Shown here: positions 1 through 12,892 of the stretch, in pieces
How the letters are laid out: each line of letters begins with the position of its first letter
Numbering within the stretch: the first letter of the stretch is position 1
From: Eledone cirrhosa
Lineage: Eukaryota
Direction of reading: 5' to 3'
NCBI GenBank assembly: GCA_964016885.1
Contig: OZ024744.1
Location: 85,250,001-85,314,000, forward strand
Length of the DNA: 64,000 nt
Made by a program: the position numbers and the translations under genes
Notes under the pieces: generated by a model
Told to the model about the DNA's origin: nothing
Database searches by the model: none
What the model saw: the letters and a program-made list of their open reading frames with translations, nothing else

Positions 1-3000
1 TAGTGGTAGTGGTGGTGTTGGTTGTGGTGGTTGTGGTGGTATCAGTGGTAGTGGTGGTGTTGGTTGTGGTGGTAGTGGTGGTGGTATTAGTGGTAGTGGT
101 GGTGTTGGTTGTGGTGGTAGTGGTGGTGGTATTAGTGGTAGTGGTGGTGTTGGTTGTGGTGGTAGTGGTGGTGGTATTAGTGGTAGTGGTGGTGTTGGTT
201 GTGGTGGTAGTGGTGGTGGTATTAGTGGTAGTGGTGGTGTTGGTTGTGGTGGTAGTGGTTGTGGTATTAGTGGTAGTGGTGGTGGTATTAGTGGTAGTGG
301 TGGTGTTGGTTGTGGTGGTTGTGGTGGTATCAGTGGTAGTGGTGGTGTTGGTTGTGGTGGTAGTGGTGGTGGTATTAGTGGTAGTGGTGGTGTTGGTTGT
401 GGTGGTAGTGGTTGTGGTATTAGTGGTAGTGGTGGTGTTGGTTGTGGTGGTAGTGGTGGTGGTATTAGTGGTAGTGGTGGTGTTGGTTGTGGTGGTAGTG
501 GTGGTGGTATTAGTGGTAGTGGTGGTGTTGGTTGTGGTGGTAGTGGTTGTGGTATTAGTGGTAGTGGTGGTGGTATTAGTGGTAGTGGTGGTGTTGAGAG
601 TGGGGTGGTGTTTGTGGTGGTGGTATTAGTGGCAGTGGTGGTGTTGGTAGTGGTGGTAGTGGTGGTGGTGGTATTAGTGGTAGTGGTGGTGTTGGTTGTG
701 GTGGTGGTATTAGTGGTAGTGGTGGTGGTATTAGTGGTAGTGGTGGTGGTATTAGTGGTAGTGGTGGTGGTATTAGTTGTAGTGGTGGTGTTGAGAGTGG
801 GGTGGTGTTTGTGGTGGTGGTATTAGTGGTAGTGGTGGTGTTAGTTGTGGTGGTAGTGGTGGTGGTGGTATTAGTGGTAGTGGTGGTGTTGGTTGTGGTG
901 GTGGTATTAGTGGTAGTGGTGGTGTTAGTTGTGGTGGTAGTGGTGGTGGTGGTATTAGTGGTAGTGGTGGTGTTGGTTGTGTGAAAGTGATGGTGGTATT
1001 AGTGGTATTGGTGGTGTTGAGAGTGGGGTGGTGTTTGTGGTGGTGGTATTAGTGGTAGTGGTGGTGTTGGTTGTGGTGGTGGTATTAGTGGTAGTGGTGG
1101 TGTTGAGAGTGGGGTGGTGTTTGTGGTGGTGGTATTAGTGGTAGTGGTGGTGTTGGTTGTGGTGGTAGTGGCGGTGGTATTAGTGGTGATTGTGGTGGTA
1201 GTGGCGGTGGTATTAGTGGTTGTGATGGTGTTGGTGTGTGGTGGTAGTGGTGGTGGTATTAGTGGTAGTGGTGGTGTTGGTTGTGGTGGAAGTGGTGGTG
1301 GTATTAGTGGTAGTTATGGTGTTGGTTGTGGTGGTAGTGGTGGTGGTATTAGTGGTAGTTGTGGTGTTGTTTCTGGTGGTAGTGGTGGTGGTATAAGTGG
1401 TAGTGGTGGTGTTTGGAGTGGGGTGGTGTTTGTGGTGGTGGTATTAGTGGTGGTGGTGATGTTGAGAGTGGGGTGGTGTTGGGAGTGGGGTGGTGTTTGT
1501 GGTTGTGGTGCTAGTGGTAGTGGTGGTGTTGGGAGTGGGGTGGTGTTTGTGGTGGTGGTATTAGTGATAGTGGTGGTGTTGAGAGTGGGGTGGTAGTGGT
1601 GGTGGTATTAGTGGTAGTGGTGGTGTTGGTAGTGGTGGTAGTGGTGGTGGTATTAGTGGTAGTGGTGGTGGTATTAGTGGTAGTGGTGGTGGTATTAGTG
1701 GTAGTGGTGGTGGTATTAGTTGTAGTGGTGGTGTTGAGAGTGGGGTGGTGTTTGTGGTGGTGGTATTAGTGGTAGTGGTGGTGTTAGTTGTGGTGGTAGT
1801 GGTGGTGGTGGTATTAGTGGTAGTGGTGGTGTTGGTTGTGTGAAAGTGATGGTGGTATTAGTGGTATTGGTGGTGTTGAGAGTGGGGTGGTGTTTGTGGT
1901 GGTGGTATTAGTGGTAGTGGTGGTGTTGGTTGTGGTGGTGGTATTAGTGGTAGTGGTGGTGTTGAGAGTGGGGTGGTGTTTGTGGTGGTGGTATTAGTGG
2001 TAGTGGTGGTGTTGGTTGTGGTGGTAGTGGTGGTATCAGTGGTAGTGGTGGTGTTGGTAGTGGTGGTAGTGGTGGTGGTATTAGTGGTAGTGGTGGTGTT
2101 GGTTGTGGTGGTTGTGGTGGTATCAGTGGTAGTGGTGGTGTTGGTTGTGGTGGTAGTGGTTGTGGTATTAGTGGTAGTGGTGGTGTTGGTTGTGGTGGTA
2201 GTGGTGGTGGTATTAGTGGTAGTGGTGGTGTTGGTTGTGGTGGTAGTGGTGGTGGTATTAGTGGTAGTGGTGGTGTTGGTTGTGGTGGTAGTGGTGGTGG
2301 TATTAGTGGTAGTGGTGGTGTTGGTTGTGGTGGTTGTGGTGGTATTAGTGGTAGTGGTGGTGTTGGTTGTGGTGGTAGTGGTTGTGGTATTAGTGGTAGT
2401 GGTGGTGGTATTAGTGGTAGTGGTGGTGTTGAGAGTGGGGTAGTGTTTGTGGTGGTGGTATTAGTGGCAGTGGTGGTGTTGGTAGTGGTGGTAGTGGTGG
2501 TGGTATTAGTGGTAGTGGTGGTGGTATTAGTGGTAGTGGTGGTGGTATTAGTGGTAGTGGTGGTGGTATTAGTTGTAGTGGTGGTGTTGAGAGTGGGGTG
2601 GTGTTTGTGGTGGTGGTATTAGTGGTAGTGGTGGTGTTAGTTGTGGTGGTAGTGGTGGTGGTGGTATTAGTGGTAGTGGTGGTGTTGGTTGTGTGAAAGT
2701 GATGGTGGTATTAGTGGTATTGGTGGTGTTGAGAGTGGGGTGGTGTTTGTGGTGGTGGTATTAGTGGTAGTGGTGGTGTTGGTTGTGGTGGTGGTATTAG
2801 TGGTAGTGGTGGTGTTGAGAGTGGGGTGGTGTTTGTGGTGGTGGTATTAGTGGTAGTGGTGGTGTTGGTTGTGGTGGTAGTGGCGGTGGTATTAGTGGTG
2901 ATTGTGGTGGTAGTGGCGGTGGTATTAGTGGTTGTGATGGTGTTGGTGTGTGGTGGTAGTGGTGGTGGTATTAGTGGTAGTGGTGGTGTTGGTTGTGGTG

Positions 3001-6000
3001 GAAGTGGTGGTGGTATTAGTGGTAGTTATGGTGTTGGTTGTGGTGGTAGTGGTGGTGGTATTAGTGGTAGTTGTGGTGTTGTTTCTGGTGGTAGTGGTGG
3101 TGGTATAAGTGGTAGTGGTGGTGTTTGGAGTGGGGTGGTGTTTGTGGTGGTGGTATTAGTGGTGGTGGTGATGTTGAGAGTGGGGTGGTGTTGGGAGTGG
3201 GGTGGTGTTTGTGGTTGTGGTGCTAGTGGTAGTGGTGGTGTTGGGAGTGGGGTGGTGTTTGTGGTGGTGGTATTAGTGATAGTGGTGGTGTTGAGAGTGG
3301 GGTGGTAGTGGTGGTGGTATTAGTGGTAGTGGTGGTGTTGGTAGTGGTGGTAGTGGTGGTGGTATTAGTGGTAGTGGTGGTGGTATTAGTGGTAGTGGTG
3401 GTGGTATTAGTGGTAGTGGTGGTGGTATTAGTTGTAGTGGTGGTGTTGAGAGTGGGGTGGTGTTTGTGGTGGTGGTATTAGTGGTAGTGGTGGTGTTAGT
3501 TGTGGTGGTAGTGGTGGTGGTGGTATTAGTGGTAGTGGTGGTGTTGGTTGTGTGAAAGTGATGGTGGTATTAGTGGTATTGGTGGTGTTGAGAGTGGGGT
3601 GGTGTTTGTGGTGGTGGTATTAGTGGTAGTGGTGGTGTTGGTTGTGGTGGTGGTATTAGTGGTAGTGGTGGTGTTGAGAGTGGGGTGGTGTTTGTGGTGG
3701 TGGTATTAGTGGTAGTGGTGGTGTTGGTTGTGGTGGTAGTGGCGGTGGTATTAGTGGTGATTGTGGTGGTAGTGGCGGTGGTATTAGTGGTTGTGATGGT
3801 GTTGGTGTGTGGTGGTAGTGGTGGTGGTATTAGTGGTAGTGGTGGTGTTGGTTGTGGTGGAAGTGGTGGTGGTATTAGTGGTAGTTATGGTGTTGGTTGT
3901 GGTGGTAGTGGTGGTGGTATTAGTGGTAGTTGTGGTGTTGTTTCTGGTGGTAGTGGTGGTGGTATAAGTGGTAGTGGTGGTGTTTGGAGTGGGGTGGTGT
4001 TTGTGGTGGTGGTATTAGTGGTGGTGGTGATGTTGAGAGTGGGGTGGTGTTGGGAGTGGGGTGGTGTTTGTGGTTGTGGTGCTAGTGGTAGTGGTGGTGT
4101 TGGGAGTGGGGTGGTGTTTGTGGTGGTGGTATTAGTGATAGTGGTGGTGTTGAGAGTGGGGTGGTAGTGGTGGTGGTATTAGTGGTAGTGGTGTTGTTGA
4201 GAGTGGGGTGGTAGTGGATGTGGTATTAGTGGTAGTGGTGGTGTTGAGAGTGTGTTGGTGTTTGTGGTGGTGGTATTAGTGGTAGTGGTGGTGTTGGTTT
4301 TGGTGGTAGCGGTGGTGGTATTAGTGGTAGTTGTGGTGTTGGTTTAGTGGTAGTGGTGGTGTTGGTTGTGATGGTATTAGTGGTAGTGGTGGTGTTGGTT
4401 GTGGTGGTAGTGGTCGTGGTATTAGTAGTAGTGGTGGTGTTGGTTGTGGTGGAAGTGGTGGTGGTATTAGTGGCAGTGGCGGTGTTGGTTGTGGTGGTAG
4501 TGGTGGTGGTATTAGTGGCAGTGGCGGGGGTGGTTTTGGTGGTAGTGGTGGTGGTATTAATGGCAGTGGTGGTGTTGATTGTGGTGGTAGTTGTGGTGGT
4601 ATTAGTGGTAGTGGTGGTGTTGGTTGTGGTTGAAGTGGTGGTGGTTTTAGTGGTAGTTTTGGTGTTGGTTGTGGTGGTAGTGGTGGTGGTATTAGTGGCA
4701 GTGGTGGTGTTGGTTGTGGTGGTACTAGTGGTGGTATTAATGGTAGTAGTGGTGTTAGTTGTGGTGGAAGTGGTGGTGTTGGTTGTGATGGGAGTGGTGG
4801 TGGTATTAGTGGTAGTAGTGGTGTTAGTTGTGGTGGAAGTGGTGGTGTTGGTTGTGATGGTAGTGGTGGTGGTATTAGTGGTAGTAGTGGTGTTAGTTTT
4901 GGTGGAAATGGTGGTGGTATTAGTGGCAGTGGTGGTGTTGGTTGTGGTGGTAGTGGTGGTGGTGGTATTAATGGCAGTGGTGGTGTTGGTTGTGGTATTA
5001 GTGGTGGTGTTGGTTGTGGAGGAAGTGGTGGTGTTGGTTGTGGTGGTGGTATTAGTGGTAGTGGTGGTGTTGGTTGTGGTTGTAGTGGTGGTGGTATTAG
5101 TGGTAGTTGTGGTGTTGGTTGTAGTGGAAGTGGTGGTGGTATTAGTGGCAGTGGTGGTGTTGGTTGTGGTGGTAGTGGTGGTGGTATTAGTGGTAGTGGT
5201 GGTGTTAGTTGTGGTGGAAGTGGTGGTGGTATTAGTGGTAGTGGTGGTGTTGGTTGTGGTATTAGTGGTGGTGTTGGTTGTGGAGGAAGTGGTGGTGTTG
5301 GTTGTGGTGGTGGTATTAGTGGTAGTGGTGGTGTTGGTTGTGGTTGTAGTGGTGGTGGTGGTATTAGTGGTAGTGGTGGTGTTCGTTATGGTGGTGGTAT
5401 TAGTGGTAGTGGTGTTGTTAGTTGTGGTGTTTGTTGTTAGTGGTGGTATTGGTTCTGATGGTAGTGGTGATGTTAGTGTTGTTGTTAGTGGTGTTGTTAT
5501 TTATGCTGTTAGTGGTGTTGTTATTGCTGTTTTTAGTGCTGTTGTTAGTGGTGTTGTTAGTGGTGTTGTTATTGGTGTTGTTAGTGCTGTTGTTAGAGGT
5601 GTTGTTAGTGGTGTTATTAGTGGTGATGCTGGTGGTGTTAGTGGTTGTGGTGGCATTTATGTTGGTGGTGGTGTTTTTGGTGGTGATGGTGGTGGTGTTA
5701 CTGGTTGTTAGTGGCGTTTGTGGTGGTACTGGTGTTGTTAGTGGTAGTGGTATTGTTAGTGGTATGGTTAGTGGTAACGGTATTGTTAGTGGTGGTTGTG
5801 GTGGTACTGGTGTTGTTAGTGGTAGTGGTATTGTTAGTGGTATGGTTAGTGGTAACGGTATTGTTAGTGGTGGTTGTGGTGGTAGTGGTGTTGTTAGTGG
5901 TAGTGGTTTTGTTAGTGGTTGTAGTGGCGTTTGTGGAGGTGGTGGTGTTGTTAGTGGTGGTGGTGGTGATGGTGTTATTGGTAGTGGTGTTGTTATCGGA

Positions 6001-8470
6001 GTTGTTAGTGGTAGTGGTGGTGTTAGTGGTAGTGGTGGTGTTATTAGTGGTGTTGTTGGTGTTGTTAGTGGTAGTCGTGGTGTTAGTGGTAGTGGTGTTT
6101 TTAGTGGTAGTGGTGGCGTTAGTGGTGATGGTGTTATTGGTAGTGGTGTTGTTATTGGAGTTGTTAGTGGTAGTGGTGTTGTTAATGGTAGTCGTGTTGT
6201 TAGTGGTAGTGGAGGTGTTAGTGATAGTGGTGGTGTTAGTGGTAGTGGTGGTGTTAGTGGTAGTGGTGTTGTTAGTGGTAGTGGTGTTGTTAGTGGTAGT
6301 GGTTGTGTTGTTAGTGGTGTGGTTAGTGATGGTGTTAGTGGTAGTTATGGTGTTGTTAGTGCTGTTGTTGGTTGTGGTGTTGGTGTTGGTGGTGTTGTTA
6401 ATTGTGGTTGTTAGTGGTGTTGTTAGTGGTGGTGTTAGTGGTAGTGGTGGTGTTGTTAGTGGTGGTGTTGTGAGTGGTAGTAGTGTTGTTAGTGGTAGTG
6501 GTGTTGTTCGTGGTGGTGGTGTTGTTAGTGGTAGTAGTGTTGTTAGTGGTAGTGGTGTTGTTTGTGGTGGTGGTGTTGTTAGTGGTAGTGGTATTGTTAG
6601 TGGTAGTCGTGTTGTTAGTGGTAGTGGTGTTGTTAGTGGTATTGTTAGTGGTAGTGGTGGTGTTAGTGGTAGTGTAATTGTTAGTGGTAGCGGTGGTGTT
6701 AGTGGTGGTGGTGATGGTGTTATTGGTAGTGGTGTTGTTATTGGTGTTGTTAGTGGTAGTGGTGGTGTTGTTAGTGGTGTTGTTAGTGGTGTTGTTAGTA
6801 GTGTTATTAGTGGTGTTGTTAGTGGTGGTGGTGATGGTGTTATTGGTAGTGGTGTTGTTAGTGGTATTGTTAGTGGTAGTGGTGGTGTCGTTAGTGGTGT
6901 TGTTAGTGGTGTTGTTAGTCGTGTAGGTAGTGGTGTTGTTAGTGGTAATGTTAGTGGTAGTGGTGGTGTTGTTAGTGGTGTAGGTAGTGGTGTTGTTAGT
7001 GGTAATGTTAGTGGTAGTAGTGGTGTTCTTAGTGGTAGTGGTGGTGTTAGTGGTAGTGTAATTGTTAGTGGTAGTGGTGGTGTTAGTGGTAGCGGTTTTG
7101 TTAGTGGTGTTATTAGTGGTGTTGTTAGTGGTAGTGGTGTTATTAGTGGTGGTGGTGGTGGTGGTGTTATTGGTAGTGGTGTTGTTATTGGTGTTGTTAG
7201 TGGTAGTGGTGGTGTTGTTATTGGTGTTGTTAGTGGTAGTGGTGGTGTTGTTAGTGGTGTTGTTAGTGCTGTAGTTAGTGGTGTTGTTAGTGGTATTGTT
7301 AGTGGTAGTGGTGGTGTTGTTAGTGGTGTTGTTAGTGGTGTAGGTAGTGGTGTTATTAGTGGTGTTGTTAGTGGCAATGTTAGTGGTAGTGGTGGTGGTT
7401 GTTAGTGGTAGTGGTGGTGTTGTTAGTGGTAGTGTTGGTGGTTGTTAGTTTTTGTGGTGGTGGTGGTGGAATTGTTAGTGGAAGTGGTGGTGATTTTAGT
7501 GGTAGTGGTGGTGGTGGTAGAGGTAGTGGTGGTGGGTGTGTTTGTTAACAGTACTGGTGCTGGTTGTTAGTGGCGATGGTTGTGGTTGTTAGTGGTTGTG
7601 GTGGTGGTGTTGGTGGTAGTGGTTGTGTTAGTGGTAGTGTTGGTGGTTGTTAGTGGTGATGGTGGTGGTTGTTAGTGGCGGTGGTGGTGTTAGCGGTGAT
7701 GGTATTGGTGTTAGCGGTGATGGTGGTGGTGTTAGTGGTATCGGTGGTGGTTGTTAGTGGTAGTGGTGGTGTTGTTAGTGGTAGTGGTGGTGGTTGTTAG
7801 TGGTTGTGGTGGTAGTGGTAATGGTGGTTGTGTTGTTAGTGGTAGTGGTGGTGATTTTAGTCGTAGTGGTGGTGTTAGTGGTAGTGGCTGTGGGTGTGGT
7901 TGTTAGCGGTACTGGTGGTGGTTGTTAGTGGTGATGGTTGTGGTTGTTAGTGGTAGTGCTAGTGGTTGTTAGTGGTTGTGGTGGTGGTGTTTGTGGTAGT
8001 GGTGGTGTTAGTGGTACTGGTAGTGGGTGTGGTTATTAGCGGTACTGGTGGTGGTTGTTAGTGGTGATGGTTGTGGTTGTTAGTTGTAGTGCTAGTGGTT
8101 TTTAGTGGTTGTGGTGGTGGTGCTACTGGTAGTGTTGCTGGTTGTTAGTGATGATGGTGGTGGTTGTTAGTGGTGGTGGTGGTGTTAGCAGTGATGGTGG
8201 TGGTGTTAACGGTGATTGGTGGTGGTGTTAGTGGTGGTGGTGGCGTTAGTGGTGGTTGTGGCGTTAGTGATAGTGGTCGTGTTGTTAGTGATTATGGTAG
8301 CGGTGGTGTTGTTAGTGGTGTTGGTGATGGTGATGATGGTGCTTTAGTGGTGATGGCGATGGTGGTAGTGACAGTGGTGTTGTTGTTAGTGGTGGTGGTT
8401 GTTAGTGGTGATGGTGGTGCTGTTAGTGATTGTGATGACATGGTGTTAGTGGTGATTGTTGTGTTAGTGG
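1..8470. repeat. GT-skewed (GGT/AGT/TGT) minisatellite array, ~42-bp core unit with an ~855-859 bp higher-order repeat in the first 4.2 kb
   Basis: Core GTGGTATTAGTGGTAGTGGTGGTGTTGGTTGTGGTGGTAGTG. Marker GTGTGAAAGTGATGG recurs at ~979, 1838, 2692 and 3550. Identical 160-aa pseudo-ORFs at 1114, 2826 and 3685. The unit drifts to a TGTTAGTGG type after ~5400. Confidence 0.95.
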
Positions 8471-9802
8471 TTGAATTAAAAATACTTCTCAAGATTCTGT
8501 AACTTGTGTATCGTGGAAAGTTTTTATATAATTAACTGTTAAAACTATTAATCTTAAAACAGAATTATTTTCTAGTTGCAGACATCGCCAAAATTCCACT
8601 TTCAGAAGTATTTTTAATTCATGATATTCATTACACTTGACTATATCTTATACACCTTCAAAATGATCCTATTTCCTTTAAAAATTTAAAGTTAAAATTT
8701 TTAAATGATCTTCCTTCATAATTTTTTTAATATTTCTATTATTTTTACCATTTGACATTAATTTTTTAATTTTTAATATATTTTTTTACTATTTTTTACC
8801 TTTTGGCATTATTTTCCTAATGATACCCGTCTAAATATATTTATTTTAGATGTAGATTGATAATCTTTAATTGACATTCTGAAAGTTTATCCTCTTTACG
8901 ATAGTTCTTCGAAATGCACATTACGTTTTTCCTCTTTTTGATATTCAAACTTTCACACATCTTTCGACTAAAATAATATATAATTGAAATTAATCTCACA
9001 CGAAATAATATATAATTTTATCTATATATTTTCTGAGTAAATTATTCATCAAATTTAACAGTTAACAAACAAGATTGGAGTTATCTTTTCCTTTTCAATC
9101 GTGCAAACTTAAACATTATATTATAATATAATATGTATGATAAACTATATAACTTCGCTAAATTAACAATATTCTGGAAACATTTTCAATGTTGGAACAA
9201 AATATTTGAATCTACAAATTGTTCTCCTCTTACAACTTGAACAACGCGTTTTTTATGTAAAATGCAAAATCAACTTCCTTCGTAACTCATATGAGAAATG
9301 TAAACAACTAATAATTGTAAATTATTTCTATTTCTATAATACTTATACATGCACAATTATTAATCTATATAGATATTTATATACTTACAACCTATTGTAA
9401 TGTAATAAGATAAAATCTACCTACAACCATAATTATTCATATAATCTAATTGATTATATGTACAGTATTATAATTCATAATATAGCTAAATAAATTTAAA
9501 TTCTGGAATCATATTCCATCATTTCCACAAATTGTTAATTCTTTTTAAATTAACGTAAATACAAGATCTTCTTTCTTTTTTTCTTCTTCCTACTCATACA
9601 TATATCCTAATTTTTTTAATTCTGCATAGCGTCTAAAATAACGTTGTTTTTTTTCAGCCCTAAACCTCAACCTCATTTGCATATGCATCTTAATAATTTG
9701 AAATATCTGACTTTTCTTCTCTTTTCCTTCACTATCCAAGAAAAACTTGAACCGTTAAGGTATCTTTTCTTGGTTATGTCAAAATTTATAAAACAAACTT
9801 TG

Positions 9803-9863
9803 TATTTTATCTGATGAAAGCGTATCAAAGTTTTGGTTCCCTTGAAATATATATAATTGAATA
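9803..9863 (+). ncRNA. Type I hammerhead ribozyme motif (family A, degenerate)
   Basis: TATTTTAT-CTGATGA-AAG..CTT-GAAA-TATATA-TA-ATTGAATA. Same family as the copies at 23883 and 55122. Confidence 0.6.
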
Positions 9864-9925
9864 AATATGGTTTTATAAATATAGTTTCCATTTAATTAAT
9901 ATCCTTGTATATATTCTTTTTTTTT

Positions 9926-10105
9926 CTAAGGCGGGTAAAATTCCCGAGATCCATGGACGAGTTCTCTCCAGCGGTCTCTGTCCCTCATTATCGCTGCCAT
10001 CTCCTGCGTCTCCAATAGACCAGTGTCTGTCTTTAGAGCATCAACATACGTTAACCTTGGTCTTCCTCTTCTAGTGTGTCCATGTAGGGGCTCCCAAAGT
10101 GCTCC
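9926..10105 (-). mobile_element. RTE-clade LINE 3' fragment
   Basis: Near-identical to 62697-62870, which translates [27 protein letters not shown], an RTE ORF2 C-terminus. Confidence 0.75.
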
Positions 10106-10106
10106 T

Positions 10107-10187
<81 letters not shown>

Positions 10188-10204
10188 TGGTGGTGTTGAC
10201 AATA

Positions 10205-11430
10205 ATAATTGTTTCTACTTTTGGCACAAGGCCAGCAATTACCCAGTGCATCACTGGTACTTTATTTTATCAACCCCGTAAGGATGAAAGGCAAAGTTAA
10301 CCTTGGCGGGATTTGAACTCAGAATGGCAAGGGACGTAACTCTATGCGTCAAAGCATGGCGTCCGACCCCCTACCAATACTGCAAGTCCACCAGTTCAAA
10401 TAATAATAATAATTGTTTCTACTTTTGGCACAAGGCCAGCAAATACCCCAGTACATTACTGGTACTATATTTTATCGACCCCATAAGGATGAAAGGCAAA
10501 GTTAACCTTGGCGGGATTTGAACTGAGATCATAAAGGGCCGTAACTCTATGCTGTAAAGCATGGTGTCCGACCCCCTACCGATACTGCCAATTCAACAAT
10601 AACAATAATGATTTCTGATTTAGGCACAAGGCCAACAATTTGAAAGGCGAGGGAAAAATCGATTGAATCGATCCCAATACTCACCGGTATTTTATTTTAT
10701 TCTATCAGCACTCCTCGCAGCAACAATAATAAATGTTTCTACTTTTGGCACAAGGCCAGCAATTACCCAGTGCATTACTGGTACTTTATTTTATCGACCC
10801 CATAAGGATGAAAGGCAAAGTTAACCTCGGCGGGATTTGAATTTCGCACGTAAAGGACCGTAACTACCGATCCACTGCCCTTTTAACAATGGTTTCTTTT
10901 ATAGACACAAGGCTAGCAATTTTGGGGAGAGGGAAAGTCGTTGAAATCTACTCCAGTGTGTTACTGGTACTTTATTTTATCGATCCTCTACCGACACCGC
11001 CCTTTTAATAATGGTTTCTTAAAGGCCAGCAATTTTGGGGGAGGGGGAAGTCGATTAAATCGACCCCAGTACATTACTGCTAGTTTATTTTATCGACCCC
11101 GTAAGGATGAAAAGCAAAATGAACCTCAGCTGGATTTGAACACAGACCGTAAAGGGGCGTAACTCTATGCTATAAAGCAAAGCACTAACCCTCTACCAAC
11201 ACTGCCTTTTTAATAATGATAATTATTATTATTTCTACTTCAGGAACAAGGCCAGCGATTTGAAGGGAAGTGGAAAGTCAATTAAATCGAAACCAGTGTA
11301 TTACTGGTACGTTATTTTAATTTATCGACCCCCGTAAGGGTGAAAGACAAATCTAACCACGGTGGTATTTGAACTCAGAACATAAAAGAACGTAAATATA
11401 TGCCGCAAAGCTTTCTGTACGACGCCCTAC
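10205..11430 (-). mobile_element. Cluster of ~7 full or partial tRNA-derived SINEs
   Basis: Repeated reverse complement of box A TGGCAGTATCGG, box B GAGTTCAAATCCC and central GCCTTTCATCCTTACGGGGTCGATAAAATAAAGTACCAG, which resembles the Meta/MESC SINE domain as recalled. Confidence 0.9.
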
Positions 11431-11719
11431 CGATACAGAGAACGAGAGGAAGAAAGATACAAAGAAAAATAGAGACAAAAAATAAAATTAAATATATGAT
11501 ATAATGAAAGAGAAAGATAAAAATAAAGATAGGAAGAAAGAGAACACAAATAGAGAATTGAATAAATAAAGATAGAAAGAAGGAAAAGGAACGAAATTAG
11601 GGAAAAAACACAGAGAATGGAATAAATATAGAAAAAGAACAATATAAAGAAAGATAGAAAGAAAAGGAACGGAAATAGAATGAATGAATGACTGACTCAA
11701 TCAATGGGAGCAACAGTGA

Positions 11720-11747
11720 AAGAAAGAAAGAAAGAAAGAAAGAAAAA

Positions 11748-11799
<52 letters not shown>

Positions 11800-11800
11800 A
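11720..11800. repeat. (AAAG)n microsatellite
   Basis: Direct reading. Confidence 0.95.
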
Positions 11801-11867
11801 CAAAGAAAGGTAAACGTGAATAAATGAAAATGGAAGACAGAATAAGAGAAAAAGAAAGATGTTTGTA

Positions 11868-12030
11868 GTGTATTGGATCTCCGTCAGTTCAGACGATGAG
11901 TATACTAGTTGTTTGCTAACAAAACAACCTACACATGAAATTAACGTGAAAGTAGCTGAGAATTCCATAGTCCCGTGTACTCTTAATATAGCTTTCAACG
12001 AGATTCACCATAACACAGTGTGTAACAGGG
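11868..12030 (+). repeat. Unclassified dispersed repeat, copy 1
   Basis: Collinear similarity to 19747-19888: TATTGGATCTCC.TCAGTTC.GACGA.GAGTAT...GAAATTAA.GTG...TGTGTAACA.GG. Confidence 0.7.
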
Positions 12031-12132
12031 CCGTTCGTTTTAAATTTACAGACACAACTTTTTTTTATTCCCATTAAAATTTGCTTTCCACTTCAAGTAA
12101 ATAACTTCAGCTTCCAAGCTTCACAAACTTAT

Positions 12133-12169
<37 letters not shown>

Positions 12170-12229
12170 ATAATAATTCAAGAAAGAAGAGTGGCATGGT
12201 TCGCTATACAATAAGGGCTTTATTCACAT

Positions 12230-12339
12230 TGCTGACAATTGTTTCTTTGATCTGGTAGGTCTAGAGTTCGCTATCCGCCTGATTATGCGCCAATCGATCT
12301 CCAATACTTTGTTTATAACCAGTCGTTTTCATCAGAGCA
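12230..12339 (-). ncRNA. Hammerhead ribozyme motif with ~83-nt domain II
   Basis: Minus strand TGCT-CTGATGA-(83 nt)-GAAAC-AATT-GTC-AGCA. Stem I TGCT/AGCA, palindromic AATT loop, GUC cleavage triplet. Confidence 0.55.
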
Positions 12340-12408
12340 CGCGAAATGAAGAAGATACACAAGGCATGGCTTTTATATAGGTGTGGTATTAAACCAGAAC
12401 AATAATAT

Positions 12409-12858
12409 TGTAGTGACTAGCGAGTTACTTCCCTTGTATCGGCACTATCTTAAATATAGGAGAGGCTATTGAGTGATAAGGGTAGCTGATCTCTCTCTTC
12501 CACGCTGGCTACAATAGAAAGCGGACGTACAAATATTCTTCTCCGATTATGACGGCCCGACTTGGTGGGTGTACTCTATGGAATGCCTTCGTTTGGAACC
12601 AAAGACTTTGTGACGCCTCGTCTCCTGCATACACACATATCCTTTCGTTTAGCTCTGTCCGTAAAATAATAATTAAGCCATTTCTGTTAACCCGCAAGGT
12701 ATGTAGGGATTGAATTAACTTTTGTATAGAGTTTATTAAATGTATCATTTAATAAAGGATTGTTTATTTCGACTGTTAAAGCCCTTCTGAAGTTATTATT
12801 TTACATAAGTAAGACGATGTGTTGTCCGTTTATTGACAATATATCGTTTACTCTTTAT
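12409..12858 (+). mobile_element. Gypsy-type LTR (putative 5' LTR)
   Basis: Starts TGTAG, contains AATAAA at ~12751, is immediately followed by a tRNA PBS, and is partly duplicated in inverted orientation at 13263-13510. Confidence 0.65.
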
Positions 12859-12892
12859 TGGTGACCCCGACGTGATTCGAACACGCAGCCTT
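12859..12892 (+). promoter_or_regulatory. tRNA-Trp primer-binding site, extended to ~34 nt
   Basis: TGGTGACCCCGACGTGATTCGAACACGCAGCCTT is complementary to the CCA 3' end and T arm of eukaryotic tRNA-Trp. Confidence 0.85.

Noticed and set aside
1-8502. Val-, Gly/Ser- and Thr/Pro-rich ORFs as a mucin-like or structural gene
   Set aside because: Triplet repeats are open in several frames and shift frame repeatedly. I saw no splice signals or unique domain.
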